Assembly (NCBI GenBank): GCA_012295275.1
Contig: CM022673.1
Location: 13,454,001 to 13,518,000, forward strand
Reading direction: 5' to 3'
DNA: 64,000 nucleotides
DNA from: Chrysomallon squamiferum
Taxonomy: Eukaryota; Animalia; Mollusca
The position numbers and the translations under genes were made by a program. This document shows positions 25,521-51,143 of this stretch, piece after piece. The first letter of the stretch is position 1; each line of letters opens with the position of its first letter. A model generated the notes under the pieces. That model was given only the letters and a program-made list of their open reading frames with translations, did no database searches and was not told where the DNA came from.

Positions 25521-27454
25521 ATGTTAATTCTCAAATATTTTTAAAACCATAATGTCATAAGTTTAAATATTCTAGAAAATTTCTTAGAAATAGTATAGAA
25601 ATTGAAATGTGATCTGTTTGTTGATGTCAGCATATTCTAGCCTAGCTTAATTCATTGTAATGAATATCAAACTGCACTGTGTACTGAGTCTTTGGGCTAG
25701 GGTGCAGAGGGTGTTTCAGTTAGCATGGACTGATTTACATCAGTTTCTCTTTTACAATTTATATTTCTCAAATATTTCATCTGTCATATTTTTAGTTGTA
25801 ATGACATATTAAACCCTTAACTAAAAACAAACAATGAAGCTTTTAAATTAGCAATGTACTGTGTCAAATACACTTCAGAATGGATTTCTGAAAACAAAAA
25901 CAAAATTAATTTGTCAGTTTGAAACTTTTGTATGACTTGTAGATGTATCAGTGATTAACGCGTCCTTGTACCTTCTTGATTACATACATTAACAATTTAT
26001 GAAAAATTGTCACATTTAACAACTGAGGTCATTTCCTAATTATTGTGAAATTTGATTAATCCCTTGTGAGTACCTACTCACTTGGGATTTCAACTCAGAA
26101 TAAGGTAGTATTTTATTACATTAGTATATTTAATTATTCTTATATATAATTATATACATGTAACTATATCTGGCTATCTATATTCATGTTATGTATGTAT
26201 GTATGTGTGTCTCAGTGTTCATGTATGTGAATGTATTGTGTGTATGTGTATACACAAGCACACACACATACATTTTTATTTATTTTTGACTTTAAATAAA
26301 TATCTGGAATGTACTTTATGAAATAAGCAGAAAAATTCAAATGTTGTTTTTATCCACACACACAGATGCATACATAAACTTGAAAGTATTACTGAATACA
26401 TCTTCATTTTAAAATTTAAATAAAGAATAATCTTCACCCCCAAAACAATACCAAGCAACAAGTCTGGGCAGCAGGTACTAAAAAAATAAAAAAAATAATA
26501 ATATATGCATAATGAAATTAGAGAATCTGTTAAATGATTCAAGATGAAATACAGATCAATAAATCTATCATTTACTGAAATATTTATTCATTTCTCAGTT
26601 AGGGGTAGCACCATTTTGTGGAGTGTTGATTAACTGTTAATTTTTGTTTATATTTCTGATTGCTGTATCAAGAGTAAAGCAGCCATGACCTGTGACAAAT
26701 TATCACTTTCAAAAAAAGAATAAAACAAAACATTTATCTTGTTCAGTGGACTGTTCATTTGTTTTACTGCTTTCAAACTACAGTACATGGCATAATTAAA
26801 TTGCAAATTAAATCATCAAAAAGGAAGACAGGTGTTGAAGACATAAAATGAATTTTTCAGTTTTTAAAAAGGGATTATCTGTGTAGCTTTTTGGTAGAGA
26901 TGTCAAATGTTCACTGTGTTTTCAAATATTTCCTGTTCTAGCCATATGTTCCTTGATATATGTATCATAAATAATGTATGTGATTTTCTGTTCATGTGGA
27001 AGTATACATGTAAGATATTCTAAGCTTTTAATCAATAAAAATAAACCATAAAATATGTTTGCTGAGTTATTGTTATCACTGTATCCATGATGACTCCAGA
27101 TAGACTGATGGTAACGGATATCTGGAATTAAAATTGCTGCTGTTTTTGTTATGATTTGTGTTTTTAGAAGGGTTTTTTTTTCATCTGTTTTTAATATATG
27201 TAAAAATTATTCAGCATGTGTGTGAAAATATCTTAAATTAAAAAAAAAAGAAGACAAATACGTATCTGTGATTAATGTTGCATTTTAAATCTGCTTCGAT
27301 GGGTTTAAAAAGATAATGAAAAAGCAAACAAAAGGTACTTTATGTAAAAAAAAAATCTTTTGTTCAGTTATATAACAGTAATCAACAATGAATTTTAAAT
27401 GTAACTTAAAAAAATATAAATAACAATAAATAAATAAATCTGTACACAACTTCA

Positions 27455-27499
<45 letters not shown>

Positions 27500-27744
27500 T
27501 ATTTTAATTGGCAGGATGGTACAACAGATATACAACACCTATATTTAATAAAGTTTTATGTGTGTTTGTTACAGGTAAATGAAAAGAAATTGACAGGATG
27601 GTAGTTAAAAAAATTTAATACAGTTTTATGTATGTTTATTACAGGTTAATGAAAAGATAATGGCAGGATGGTAGATCCACTGTAAATTTTTTAATAACAG
27701 TTTTATGTATGTTTGTTACAGGTAAATGAAAAGAAATCGGCAGG

Positions 27745-39235
<11,491 letters not shown>

Positions 39236-39354
39236 CAATCACAACATCACAGCAACATCATCGTCATCATAAACACATCAACAGTCCAGAGACATCCAGC
39301 GGAAAAGCATCAACAACAAATGCCAGTTGAATCAGATACGTGGGGAAACATTGT

Positions 39355-39620
39355 ATTAATTAGATAAATTTCTGATCTATTTAAATCAAATAGGTTTCTG
39401 ATACATTTAAGTCAGATGTGTTGCAGATAAATTTAAATCAGATAAGTTTCTAACACATTTAAATCAGATGTGTTTCTGATACATTTAAATCAGATGTGTT
39501 TCTGATACATTTAAATTCGGATGTGTTTCTGATAAATTTAAATCAGATATGTTTCTGACATATTTTATTCAGGTTATGTTACTGATACATTTAAATCAGA
39601 TGTGACCGATATGTTAAAAT
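39355..39620. repeat. About 26-bp minisatellite (about 10 copies) in the proximal ZMYND11 3' region
   Basis: Unit GATACATTTAAATCAGATGTGTTTCT repeated with substitutions. Confidence 0.85.
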
Positions 39621-40670
39621 CATACATATTAAAAAACTCCATCTATACATCAAAAAAAATTAATGATCAGTATAAATTAAATAACCTAATCTATTTTTCC
39701 TGATGTAACATGAATCAAACAGTATATTAGATTCACATAATAGAAATTTATCCAGTTCAAGTTTGATATGAATCTCACAGATTTCAGGTGCCCTCAAGAG
39801 AGAGACAATCTATAAGAATTTAATATATAGTTGTTATAACTGAAACTTATATAGATTGAGTCCATTTCTGATTACATGGAACAGTTTTATAAAAAGTGAT
39901 AGCTTTAGGTATACAAGCTGAAATTTGTATGAAGAGGTCATCAAAATAAATAAATAAATAAATAAATGTATGTATGTACCTCTATGAATCAGAAGTATTT
40001 TTTGGTTTGGTGAAAATTCTGTTGCAAATCAAACAGGTTCTTCTGCATTGTAGATTTATTACATATGATTAGAGTACAATGTGTGTGAATAAACACACTG
40101 GGTAGGAATCAAACAGGCTGTTTGATGGTTCTCATAACTTGATGCAAATTGAAATGGGCTCTGATAAACAGTAAATCCTTTTTACGTAATTCAGGTAGAA
40201 ATATGTTCCAGTGCATTTGTTTTTATTACTGGTCAGCCAGTTACAGGTTAACAAGAAACAAAGACCACCAGTTTTAGTCTGGTGGCTTTTTTTATTGTGA
40301 TAGGGGAAATTACCTGCTAATAGCCTGAGTAAAAGTGAACTGATGTCTAAATAATCAAATGAAATCAATCAAATTTATAGCAGGCATTTGTGATAGATGT
40401 AAGCTCGTTTTTTAAAAATGTATGTATACATATATATGTATGTATGTATATGTACAGAAATTAGTCTCATTTTTTAAAATTTTAGGTATCATTTAAAAGT
40501 AATATATTACATGTATTTTTTTGTATTTCTTTGCTTTTTTTGTTTTTGTTTATTTTTATGTATAATTATTAAAAATCAAACTGGGAATATTTATCTCCAC
40601 ATATGTTACTCTTTTAGTTAACAGTAAAATAAAATTAATTCATAATTTTGTGCACTTTTTAGAAATTTAA

Positions 40671-40710
<40 letters not shown>

Positions 40711-43442
40711 TTTTAAATAAAAATTGAAATATTAATTTTATTCTTTGGTGGGGAGGGAGTTGGTTTGTATGTCACCACTCTGAATTTGCAATATCAATCA
40801 TTTTAGAAAAAGACAAAACCATTAGTCTCAACATAAAGAGCTTTTTTTTAAAAATATTAAGTAGAACTACTTTTATGAATTTTAATTATAGGGCATTATT
40901 TATAGTTTAAAATTTAATATTTTAATTGATTCACATTTGTAAAAATACATTTCAAAAAGTCAACACACATCTATAGTTAGCTTTAAATTTTGAGTGTTTG
41001 TTTTTGACCTTATAAAATTTAAAAAAAAAAATATATATTTTAATATTTATTATTATTATTTATTATTTTATTTATATATTTTTTCTTTGTGTGTGTCTTT
41101 TTGAAAATTTAAATTGGCATTATTTTATGCAAATGTTATTAACTGACGATTTTTAGAAATGTTAATTATGTTGCAGGTTCTTTTGTTATAATAATACAGA
41201 ACATTATCATCATCTTAACCATCAGCATCACCATCATCATCAATATTATCATCATTATTACCATCATCATCATCATCATCATCATCATACACCAGAAGAG
41301 AAACACTAAACTTTGTTAATCTGTTGTATTATGAATTATTTTACATTTATTACTGAAATAACAATCATGTTTTAAATTAATTATGAATCTTCAGTTAATA
41401 TGCATGAGATAATTAACACAAATGTTGTTTGTTAATTAATTTGTAGTGAGTATTCATTTGATGTTAGCTAATTAACCAGTTGTCGGTCATCATCATCTGT
41501 TTTGTTTCAAAATGGCTGGTAACACTTTTTTCAGTCACTTGTTTAAATATTACAAAACCACTGCTAGTTATAGATGTGTCTGAAGACTGAAATAAAGTAA
41601 ATATATAATTTCACTGTGAAGATAATTTTATTTTAAAATTTCAGATTTTGAAATTAAAATTGTAAAAATCTAAAAAAAATTCAGATAACATTCCATTACA
41701 TCACTTCATTAAATGAAAACAAATTGTTACAAGGGCCCTTCTTGCTACACATGCCTGTCTTTAACACAGGATTACTTTCACTGCATCTTTCTTTAAAGCA
41801 AGATCACTTTTACTGATAAATGTACCTGTTTTTATTGCTAATTGTATCTTTTTTTAAATTAAAAACCAAATTTGTTCTTTATTGATCTATTTTTTCTCTT
41901 GTGTTTTAAAACCTTGAGTTTAGTTACTCAAATCCTGTCCAGTCCTTGAATTTAAACTTAAAGATAATCAAACCACATTCTAACCTTGATTTTATTCATT
42001 TTTTGTTCAAGTTTTGATTTTTTTTCATTCAGATCCTAAGTCTGATACATGATTTATTCAAATCATGTATGTAATGATTAAGTTTGTTGTTCATTCACAT
42101 CCTTTATTCATTGTTGAGCTTAGCTTTTCAGACCCTGGAAACTTTTTGTAATGTCAGTACAAAATAATTTCATATTAAAAAACCTCGACAATTAATGTCA
42201 TTTATGCATTCAGTGTTGTGCCCACATTTTTCATACAGTTTTTATGTACATTAATTTTGCTGTTTGTTTTTAAAACAATGTGTAGTTTACAACTTTCATC
42301 TCGTTTCTAAAAGCATTTTAAAATGTGAATTGCTGTTTTAATTTTTTTAATTATTATTACTTTTTATTCTGCTATAAAGTGACCATTAAATCATCCATTG
42401 TGACTGTTGTAAAAATGTTATACGCTGGTGAATTTTTGTAACAAATTGATTTCATGTTGTTTATTAAATGTTTGTTTGTGCGCATGCATGTGTGCATGTA
42501 TGTGTGTGTAAGTGCATTAAAAACCGGAGTCCTTGTTATTAAGTGTATGTTCATCACAAATATTTTTAATTCTGTTATTGAATATTTGTGTATGTATATG
42601 TGTTCTGTTATTGAGAATGCTTTATATATATTTGTTAAATATTAAACTGCATCATGTCATTTCATTCCACCTTTAAGTTAGCCAGCTTTATTCAGCATAA
42701 ATAATCTTGTTTGTGTATGTGTGTGGATTAGGAGAGAGAGAGAGAAATAAATAATAAACTGGATTGGAAAGATGGAATAGCCGAAAGGGAGGGAGGGAGG
42801 CTGAGAGGTGTGTGCACTTTGAAGAAAAGGTCTACTAGCAACTGTGTTCATATTTTAATTATTTTAGTGTACAAATCAGTCCAATATGAAATCATCTACA
42901 AGCATTTTTATCTTTTTTCTGTCCAGCAGCTAACTTATTTTTAATCATTATTATTTTACTTTGTGTAGAAAATTATTTGTGAGAAGGAATCCGTGGTAAA
43001 TGTCTTGATGTTATATCGCTTGTGGGTCTGTTTTGTAATGTCAGTTTTTGTTTTTGATATATTTTTATTATGAGCTAAATAAATCAGTAGGTGTTTTTGA
43101 TTCTAAAACCTGATGGATTTCGGAAGAATTGATCTGTGTGTTTGTGTAAAAGTAAGTTGCAGATTATCCTGAAGGTCATATATCAGTATCTAGTTTTCTT
43201 TTTGTTAAATCAGTTATAATGATTTTATTGCCTACTTCAGTTTTATGCTGATTTTTTTTTTATAACTTTGGTTTTATTGTTGTTGCGATACTTTGTATGT
43301 TTTTATAGTTTTTTAAATTTATTTTTTGTTTGTAGCATTGTTATTGCTTTTGTACAGAATCCAAATAGGCAGATTTTGTATTTGAATTCACCTTCATAAA
43401 ACCTTCTGTTTTTCAGTTGTCAGTCCTCAAACTAATACAATG

Positions 43443-43730
43443 AATAATTTTATATCATCAGCATTTGTATGTCAAACATCACTAACACACTTAATAATTT
43501 TATATCACCAGCTTTTGTATGTTGAACATCAGTAACACACATAATAATTTTATATCACAAGCTTTTGTATGTCAGACATCAATATCACACATAATAATTT
43601 TATATCGCCAGCTTTTGTATGTCAAACATCAATAACACACTTAATAATTTTATATCACCAGCTTTTGTATGTCAAACATCAATAACACACTTAATAATTT
43701 TATATCACCAGCTTTTGTGTGTCAGACATT
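43443..43730. repeat. 50-bp minisatellite (about 6 copies)
   Basis: Unit TAATAATTTTATATCACCAGCTTTTGTATGTCAAACATCAATAACACACT with an exact 50-bp period. Confidence 0.9.
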
Positions 43731-46700
43731 TGTTTAATGACATCATTAATACTGATTAATTTTCTGACATCGGCTGTTGTTGCTGTGGTGAAGTAGGCTA
43801 CCTTTTTGTACAACATTAGCAACGCTTTTCTCGGTTTACCATTACCATGACATGAGGACAGGACAAACAGTACTGGATGGATGGATAGATAACATAATAT
43901 TCTGAAAATGTGTTCATACAGCAGACACATTTCAGTAGTAATAATTATTAGGTCACTTTGTTTATTTACTATTTATTTATCAACACAACCAATTATTAAT
44001 ATAAATTGTAAAATATGATTTAATTTTAATTTCATTAGTTATTAGATTATTTAATATTTTCAAATGTTAAAAACATCAATATAATAAAATATATAACAGC
44101 ATGTTAAAAGGTTTTAATATAAAACGTGAAATAAGATTTATTTCATTCGTTTATTTAATATTTATTTAATAAAGTGGACATATTTCAATATTAATAGCTA
44201 TTAGGTAGCATTCTTTATTGGTGGACTGTTTTTAGATTCTGCTTTGTAGTGACAAAGATATTTTTAAAAAGTAGATGTATAACTTCACTCCATATTTAAC
44301 TATTCTCACTGTTACATAATGGTTTTGGTTTATGTATATAATGTCTCTATGTTTGTATATCTTGATGCAGAATTAGTTTTATATGTAAAAAAGAAAAGAA
44401 AAATCCATTTAAAAACAAAATTCTGTATGTGACCGAGTACATCCATTTTGTTAAAAATATTAATCAGTATGGACAGACAGAAAGTTGGACAAATATCATT
44501 ACACAGAATGTTTTAATATTATTTATGTTAACACAGAGCCCCAAAGCTTGACTAAATAATAATCAAAATAAATGTTCTGATTACAGCTTGTTTGCTTACT
44601 GTTTAATAGCTATATTCAGAAAATCTTAAATTATTATTTTCAGTACATGAATTGTGTTCCTCTTCACTATTTTAATTTGATACTTGAATATTTTTTTAAT
44701 TCATGCTAATTTCATTTTTATAGTTTATGCTAGTGAATTATAATTTTTTTATTTTTATATTTTTTTTGAACTAGTTGGTTATCATGGTAATATTTGTATT
44801 ATATAGCACGTAATTATCATAAATGAATGTGAAAGTAAAATATACAGGAAAATATTAAATAGCAGATGTAAAACTGAAATTAATCTCGTTTCCTCACAAT
44901 GCACTTAAAAATTAACTCTGGGTTTATTTGCCCTGTTTTAGAAGGCACATCGTTTTAAACATTTTTATCTTAAATTGTTGTGTAAAATGACTGCCTCTTT
45001 TTAACGGAAGCAATGATTGTATACCTAAAGGTGTTAGAAAGATTAAGTTTGTTATTTCATGGTATTTTATTTTAAATTTTTATTTATTTTATATACCATC
45101 GTTGTTTTTGCTAAAGCCCTCAGCACATGGCAGATACAAATATAAGATGCTGAAATCGAGTATTGTTTTTCTTTCCTTTTTTGTTGCTGAATAAATTTGC
45201 AATACATGAAAATCCTGACATCAAATGAAATCTCTCGGTGTTTTTTTTTTTTTCCATTTTTTCTTCTTTTTTTTATTTTATTATATATATATATATATAT
45301 GTATTTTTTTTTTTAAAGGAATGGATGAGTTAATTTTTTTTTTAAGTGTTCTACCATGTGCATTTGGGCTTTACAAAATGGTTTGTGTAATGTTTGTTGA
45401 TGTGTAAAAATGTTGTAAATAGTGTTTATATTTCGAGGTTTTCTGTATATTGGAAACAGTTGTTATTTTCTTTTAGAAAAAAAAAAAAAAAAAAAGAAAA
45501 AAATGAAATAAATAAAGATAAAAGAATTATCTTTACCAGATTATATTAAATTATATTGACAAAAATCATTCAAAACCATATTGTTTATTGTGATCATCAA
45601 ATACCAATTATGAACACATACATGTACAAAACCATAATTATTTTGCTTTAAAAGTGTTCTGTAAACTGACAACTAAATAAATAAATGTGTATATTAGTCA
45701 AGTGTTTTGTTTTTACTTTATCATTTCTTCTCTAGTCACAAACATGTTGAATCATAGATTTGTGGATTCAGTTAACATATTAATATAAAAGTACAGTTGT
45801 TATCAATGTACTGAACTGTATATGTTGTTACCAACATGTCGATTCGATTCACAGAACCAATCATTACCAACATGCTGATTCATAGACATGTTACCAATAT
45901 ACTGATTCATTGGTGTAGCTGTTTACCAACATTGTCAAAAACATGATTCATAAATCAAAATGTTATGGAAATGCAGCTTGATAGTCAAACTTAATAATGT
46001 TGGTATATATTGAAGTTGTCAGTATTATTTCAGAAACAGAGTCACTCTTGGATGACTACTGCATATTTTATTATAAACCAACAAATTAAGCTTAACCAGT
46101 CTGTGAATAAACATGTTTCAGCCAAGTTTTCAAAATGATGTCAGACATTATAGAAAAATGAAAAATAAAAAAAACTCCTTGCAATTTGTAATAATAGTTT
46201 TATTCTTATGAAGACATACATTTTTGTTTTCACTTACTTATGCTCCTGTTTTAGTCAATTATAATTACAGCTGGTGATAACATCTTTGTTGTTTCTGTAC
46301 ATAACATTTTTATATATATAATCTATTGGCAAATTCATAATAAATATTTGGTTTTCAATTTTAATGAAATTGTGAATAAATAAAAATTGTATATAGAATA
46401 ATTACAAAATTTCACAGAGATTTTTATGTCTTCAGACTGATAAAGTTAATGACTGCCTTTAACTTAATTTACACTTTTATTTTGATTTATAATAACATCT
46501 TTGAATATTAAATCTCAAAAAAAAGGAAAAACTCCCAACAAACAATGTGCATGTGTGTGTGTGTGTATTGATAAAAAGTTATATAACTTGATGTCTTCAC
46601 GTATTAGAACTAAAATTCACAATAAATCAAATGTAAACAATACATGTTCTATAAAATAAAAAAAAAAAAAAAAAAAAAAGCCCCCAAAAGTTAAATGATT

Positions 46701-47441
46701 TTTAAAATAGCAGATGTTTTAAATTTACTAAAGGTAAGTTTTTATTGACAATATTTAATAATAACTTGTTGCTAATCTTATGATACTGAAATCATTGTTT
46801 TGGAAATATGAAACACATTAATGATATTTGCAAATACGATCAAAGCTAAATTCTAAAATAACAATGGCTCTACACACTTGGCTATTTAATTATCAAGTAT
46901 AGAAATAACAAATGAAAAACAATTTAATAAATACTTAAAAAATGACAAATATTCCACGCTATAAAAGTATATATATTTATTTACACAACTATGAGCACAC
47001 AAAATTCATTAAATATTTTTATAAAAATCAAATATCACAGTTTCAGAAACACACAGTATAAAGTGTAATGTAATATATTATTATATTTTATACATATAGT
47101 TAAATCATAACAAACAGAAGATTGCAAATAAAACAAGAAAAATTAGTATCAGAAGTAATAGTAATAATAATAATAATAATAATGATAATAATAATAATAA
47201 TAAAATAGTAAGTAAACAACCAAAAATTAATTAATGAAAATACTAATAATAAAGGTTAAAAAACATATATATATATATACTTATCTCTATGCACTACATC
47301 ACAGTTGAAATGTGTTTTTTCTTAAAAAACTATTACTTGAAATTAAAAATAAATAAATAATAATCTTGGCTAGAAAATGTGCAATTACTTTGTTATTATT
47401 TTTTAAGTTAACAGCTCTTAATTTGGTAACTGTTGCAGAAG

Positions 47442-50400
47442 TCACGAGGTTTCGGCAGAGGGAACTACAATCACTCTAGCATTTGTTGACGGCTGGCTTC
47501 CACCTTCATCTCCATTACCTTGATTCCTACAACAACATCATCATCTTTATAATCATCAATATAAATGATAATATAATCATCATTATCATCATCAACATCA
47601 TTATCATGATCAGCACATCGTTACCTTAATAATCATTAACATTGTTATTACAATAATTATCAACATCACCAACATTATCATAATCATCAACATCATCATC
47701 CTCGATATTATCATAATCATCATCACCATCATAATAATAGCTGTCATTATTATCATAATCATCATCAACTATAATAAAAATATTAATAATGCTTCTAAGA
47801 ACACAACATAATTCACTGTACTTCTGTACTAGTATAAATTTTCTCTTATTGACCCCAGTTTTAATTACTTGAAACAGGGCACTGAAAACTGAAAGGTTAA
47901 GAATCACAAACAAATTTTAAACTTTAATTTTTCTTTGTGACATAACCAGTGCTTTCTGAATAACACTAACTGTATCAAAGAACAGGAGAAAATTATGATT
48001 TTTATCTGAAGAAAGGAAAATCCAGTTTCAGCTGAAATAAAAAAAAATTTAGTTTTACCTAACTGGAGGACTTGGAAGTGGAGCCACACTGACTGGAAGT
48101 TCTGCTTCATTGTCAGACAAAATTTGATTTTCTAAAATTTGAAATGTAAGTGTCACAATTTTACCTGCTGCTAGGCAAATGCGTATTCTAATAATGTATT
48201 AAAAACATGTCAGGAAATTCATTTATTTATTTATTGTATAAAAATGCATCCTTATAAAGAACTGTTACACATAATTAGGTAAAGCTAGTTTATTAGTTTC
48301 ACAAAAATAATGAGGTACAGATGAATTTGGTTTGGCAAAATAAATAAAAATACTCATCAACACATTTTATCAAATTACAAAACTGGATTGAGATTTTGTT
48401 ATTTATTTATTCATTTAGGTTTTTTATTTAAATTATTTCTTTGAAATTATTATTTAACGAATACAACTATTAAAATAAAAGCTGCATGACAACTAAAAAT
48501 TATATATATATATATATTAAAATCTGAATAATAATTAAATAAACTGAATTTTTTTTCCCTCACCATCAACAGAAAAAGCTGCTGAGCCACGCCCACTTGG
48601 TATAGACACTGTGTAAGAAATGTAATCTTTATCTCCACCCCCAGGGAGTCCAGGACCACGCCCAGATTTCACAACAGCATTAGGAATATCAGGCTGAAGT
48701 ATTATTAGATAATAATGAAAATATGTGATAAATTATACTTTATTTTTATATAAAAATGAGATAATATATTTTAACACTGATAGCACAACTCGAGAAAACT
48801 GTTAAGAAAAATTATAGTATGTATCAAATTATACAGAAATATTCTGATGTATGTCAGAAATTAAATCTCTTCTTTTTTAAATTTAACATTACAACTTGTT
48901 GACTAATAAAACTGTATCATAATTATTTTTAAATGAAAATATCAAAACCCAGATAATGAAGATAAATAAAAAAAAAAAAAATTTTTTTACTAAATAAACA
49001 ACAACAACAAAAAAAACATGAATAGAATAAATTAAAATAATAATAAAAAATTTAAGTTAAAATAAAAATAATTTTAAGAAATCAATAACTTAAAAAACCC
49101 AGAAAAAAAACCCCAAAGAGAAATAAAAGTAGTCGTACTTACCAAAGGTTTTTTTGTAATTACACTTGGTTTCACAGGCTTAATTTCCATAGGTTTGTCA
49201 GCCTAGAACAAAAAATGTTACAACAAACATGACAAATGACCATTAACATAAAACTGACATTTCTGCAGATTTTAGTAAACTAAATTAATTTTGTATCATA
49301 TTCTGTAACAGTGAAAAGAAGATTATTCTGATTACCAAGCTTTATATCCGTGTTAATTTTCACTTTCTGAAAATGTCTTATGTCTATTAAAGATAATTTT
49401 TGAACAAAACCATTGTTATAATTAGAAATTTGATGAAGATAATTACAAGTGGGTGTATATTTAAATCATTAGAATAGATACTGAATAATGAAATAATGAT
49501 AATAATAACAACGATGTCAAACATCTTTTGAGAGAGGATCAAGAGGAGACTACTCTTAGCAAAATATTTTCTCATGTGTTTGTTTCTTTATATCTCTCTT
49601 ACATATAATCAGTCATTAATAATTAAAAATTTAAAGAATTATTATATCATTAAGTTCTAACTTCAAATTACAATGAAAATCTGAATGAATTAAAAGTAAT
49701 CTAGCCAGTGATTATAATTACAAATAAAATAAATTAATGGAAATGATATTAGAAAAGAATACTGATATAAAAAAACGTATATAGAATTAAAAAATGCTTA
49801 CAGCATAACTGACGGCAGCATGGTGCAGCTGGGCTGCTTGTTTCTGCAACGTCTGCCTTAGATAGCTTTCATCCTTTAGTGCAAACAAACTGAAACACAG
49901 TATTAGCCATTAATCACTAAACACTTAAACCAATCAGAATATTTGTTCTATTGTTCAGTCAGAATGCTTGTTTTATTAACCAGTCTGTTTTTATGTCCAG
50001 TCTGTAATGCTTTTATAAAACCATTTAATATCAAATAATGAATGTTTAACACCATCTGGGTAATAAAAAAATGTTTGTTGAAATAATAGAAAAAAAAAAA
50101 GGTATCATATTTGTAAAAAAAGAGAAATAATAAGAAAATACACACACACACACACAATAAAAAATAAAATAAATATGAAAAGGAAAGAAAAGAAAAGAAA
50201 TATTTAAAGAAATATTTAATACTTTAGTTTTCTTACCTTCGCTGCAGGACAGCAAACTTTTTCTCCCAAGTTCGATTTATTCTTTCTGTTTCCTTCTTCA
50301 ATCTGACAAAATAAAATTGATTGAAGAAATATGTACTTACAGTATAAACAATGACAACAATAACAATAATACCATTATTAATGATAACTGTAAAATAATA

Positions 50401-50866
50401 ATAATGGTAATAATAAAAACCAAAAATGAATAAGAAGATACCAAAGGTTATAAGATTGTCATGGATACCAACCTGGTCACTTCTTTTGCTAACTGATCTT
50501 CTCTCATCAGCACTTTACTAACAACAACATCTTCTTTAGGTTTCTCTATATGTTTGTCTACAAGATTTTCTCCATGTTTATCTACATGTTTCGCTTTCTC
50601 CTAAAAAAAAAAAAAAAAAAAAAAGTGAAAAAAAATGTCAGAGACATGGGTTAGAATGGGAAATAGACAATTTGGAGCATTGAAAAGGGCTAATCTTGTG
50701 ACCCACCATGCCTAGGATGTAAGCAAAAACCATTTTGCCTTCTCTAATAGTTCTTTAAGATGTTTAATTTGTTCTGTCATTGCTTTAGAAAAAAACAACA
50801 AAAAAACAAACATACTTCTTACCTTTTCGAATAGTTTTGCAACACGTATGATTTCTTGTTTGAGTA

Positions 50867-50902
<36 letters not shown>

Positions 50903-51110
50903 ATAAAATAAAATGAAAATAAACAAAACAAACAAACATACATCTTACCTTCTCTAATAATTCTTTAACACGTATGGTTTCTCCTTTCAGTACTTTTTAA
51001 AAAACAAAAACAACAAAACAAACAAAAACAAACAAACATACATCTTACCTTCTCTAGTAGTTCTTTTAGATGTATGATTTGGCCTTTCAGTACTTTTGAA
51101 AAAAAAACAC

Positions 51111-51143
<33 letters not shown>

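Noticed and set aside
27085-27127. C/D-box or SECIS-like motif (ATGATGA...CTGA; TCCAGATA/TATCTGGA stem)
   Set aside because: Only about 12 nt separate the C and D boxes, too short for a snoRNA. It is intronic, and no UGA-containing selenoprotein ORF is nearby.
47626-47913. Asp/Asn-rich 95-aa ORF
   Set aside because: Translation of a degenerate (ATC/ATT)n microsatellite in the last intron; the flanking exons join in frame without it.
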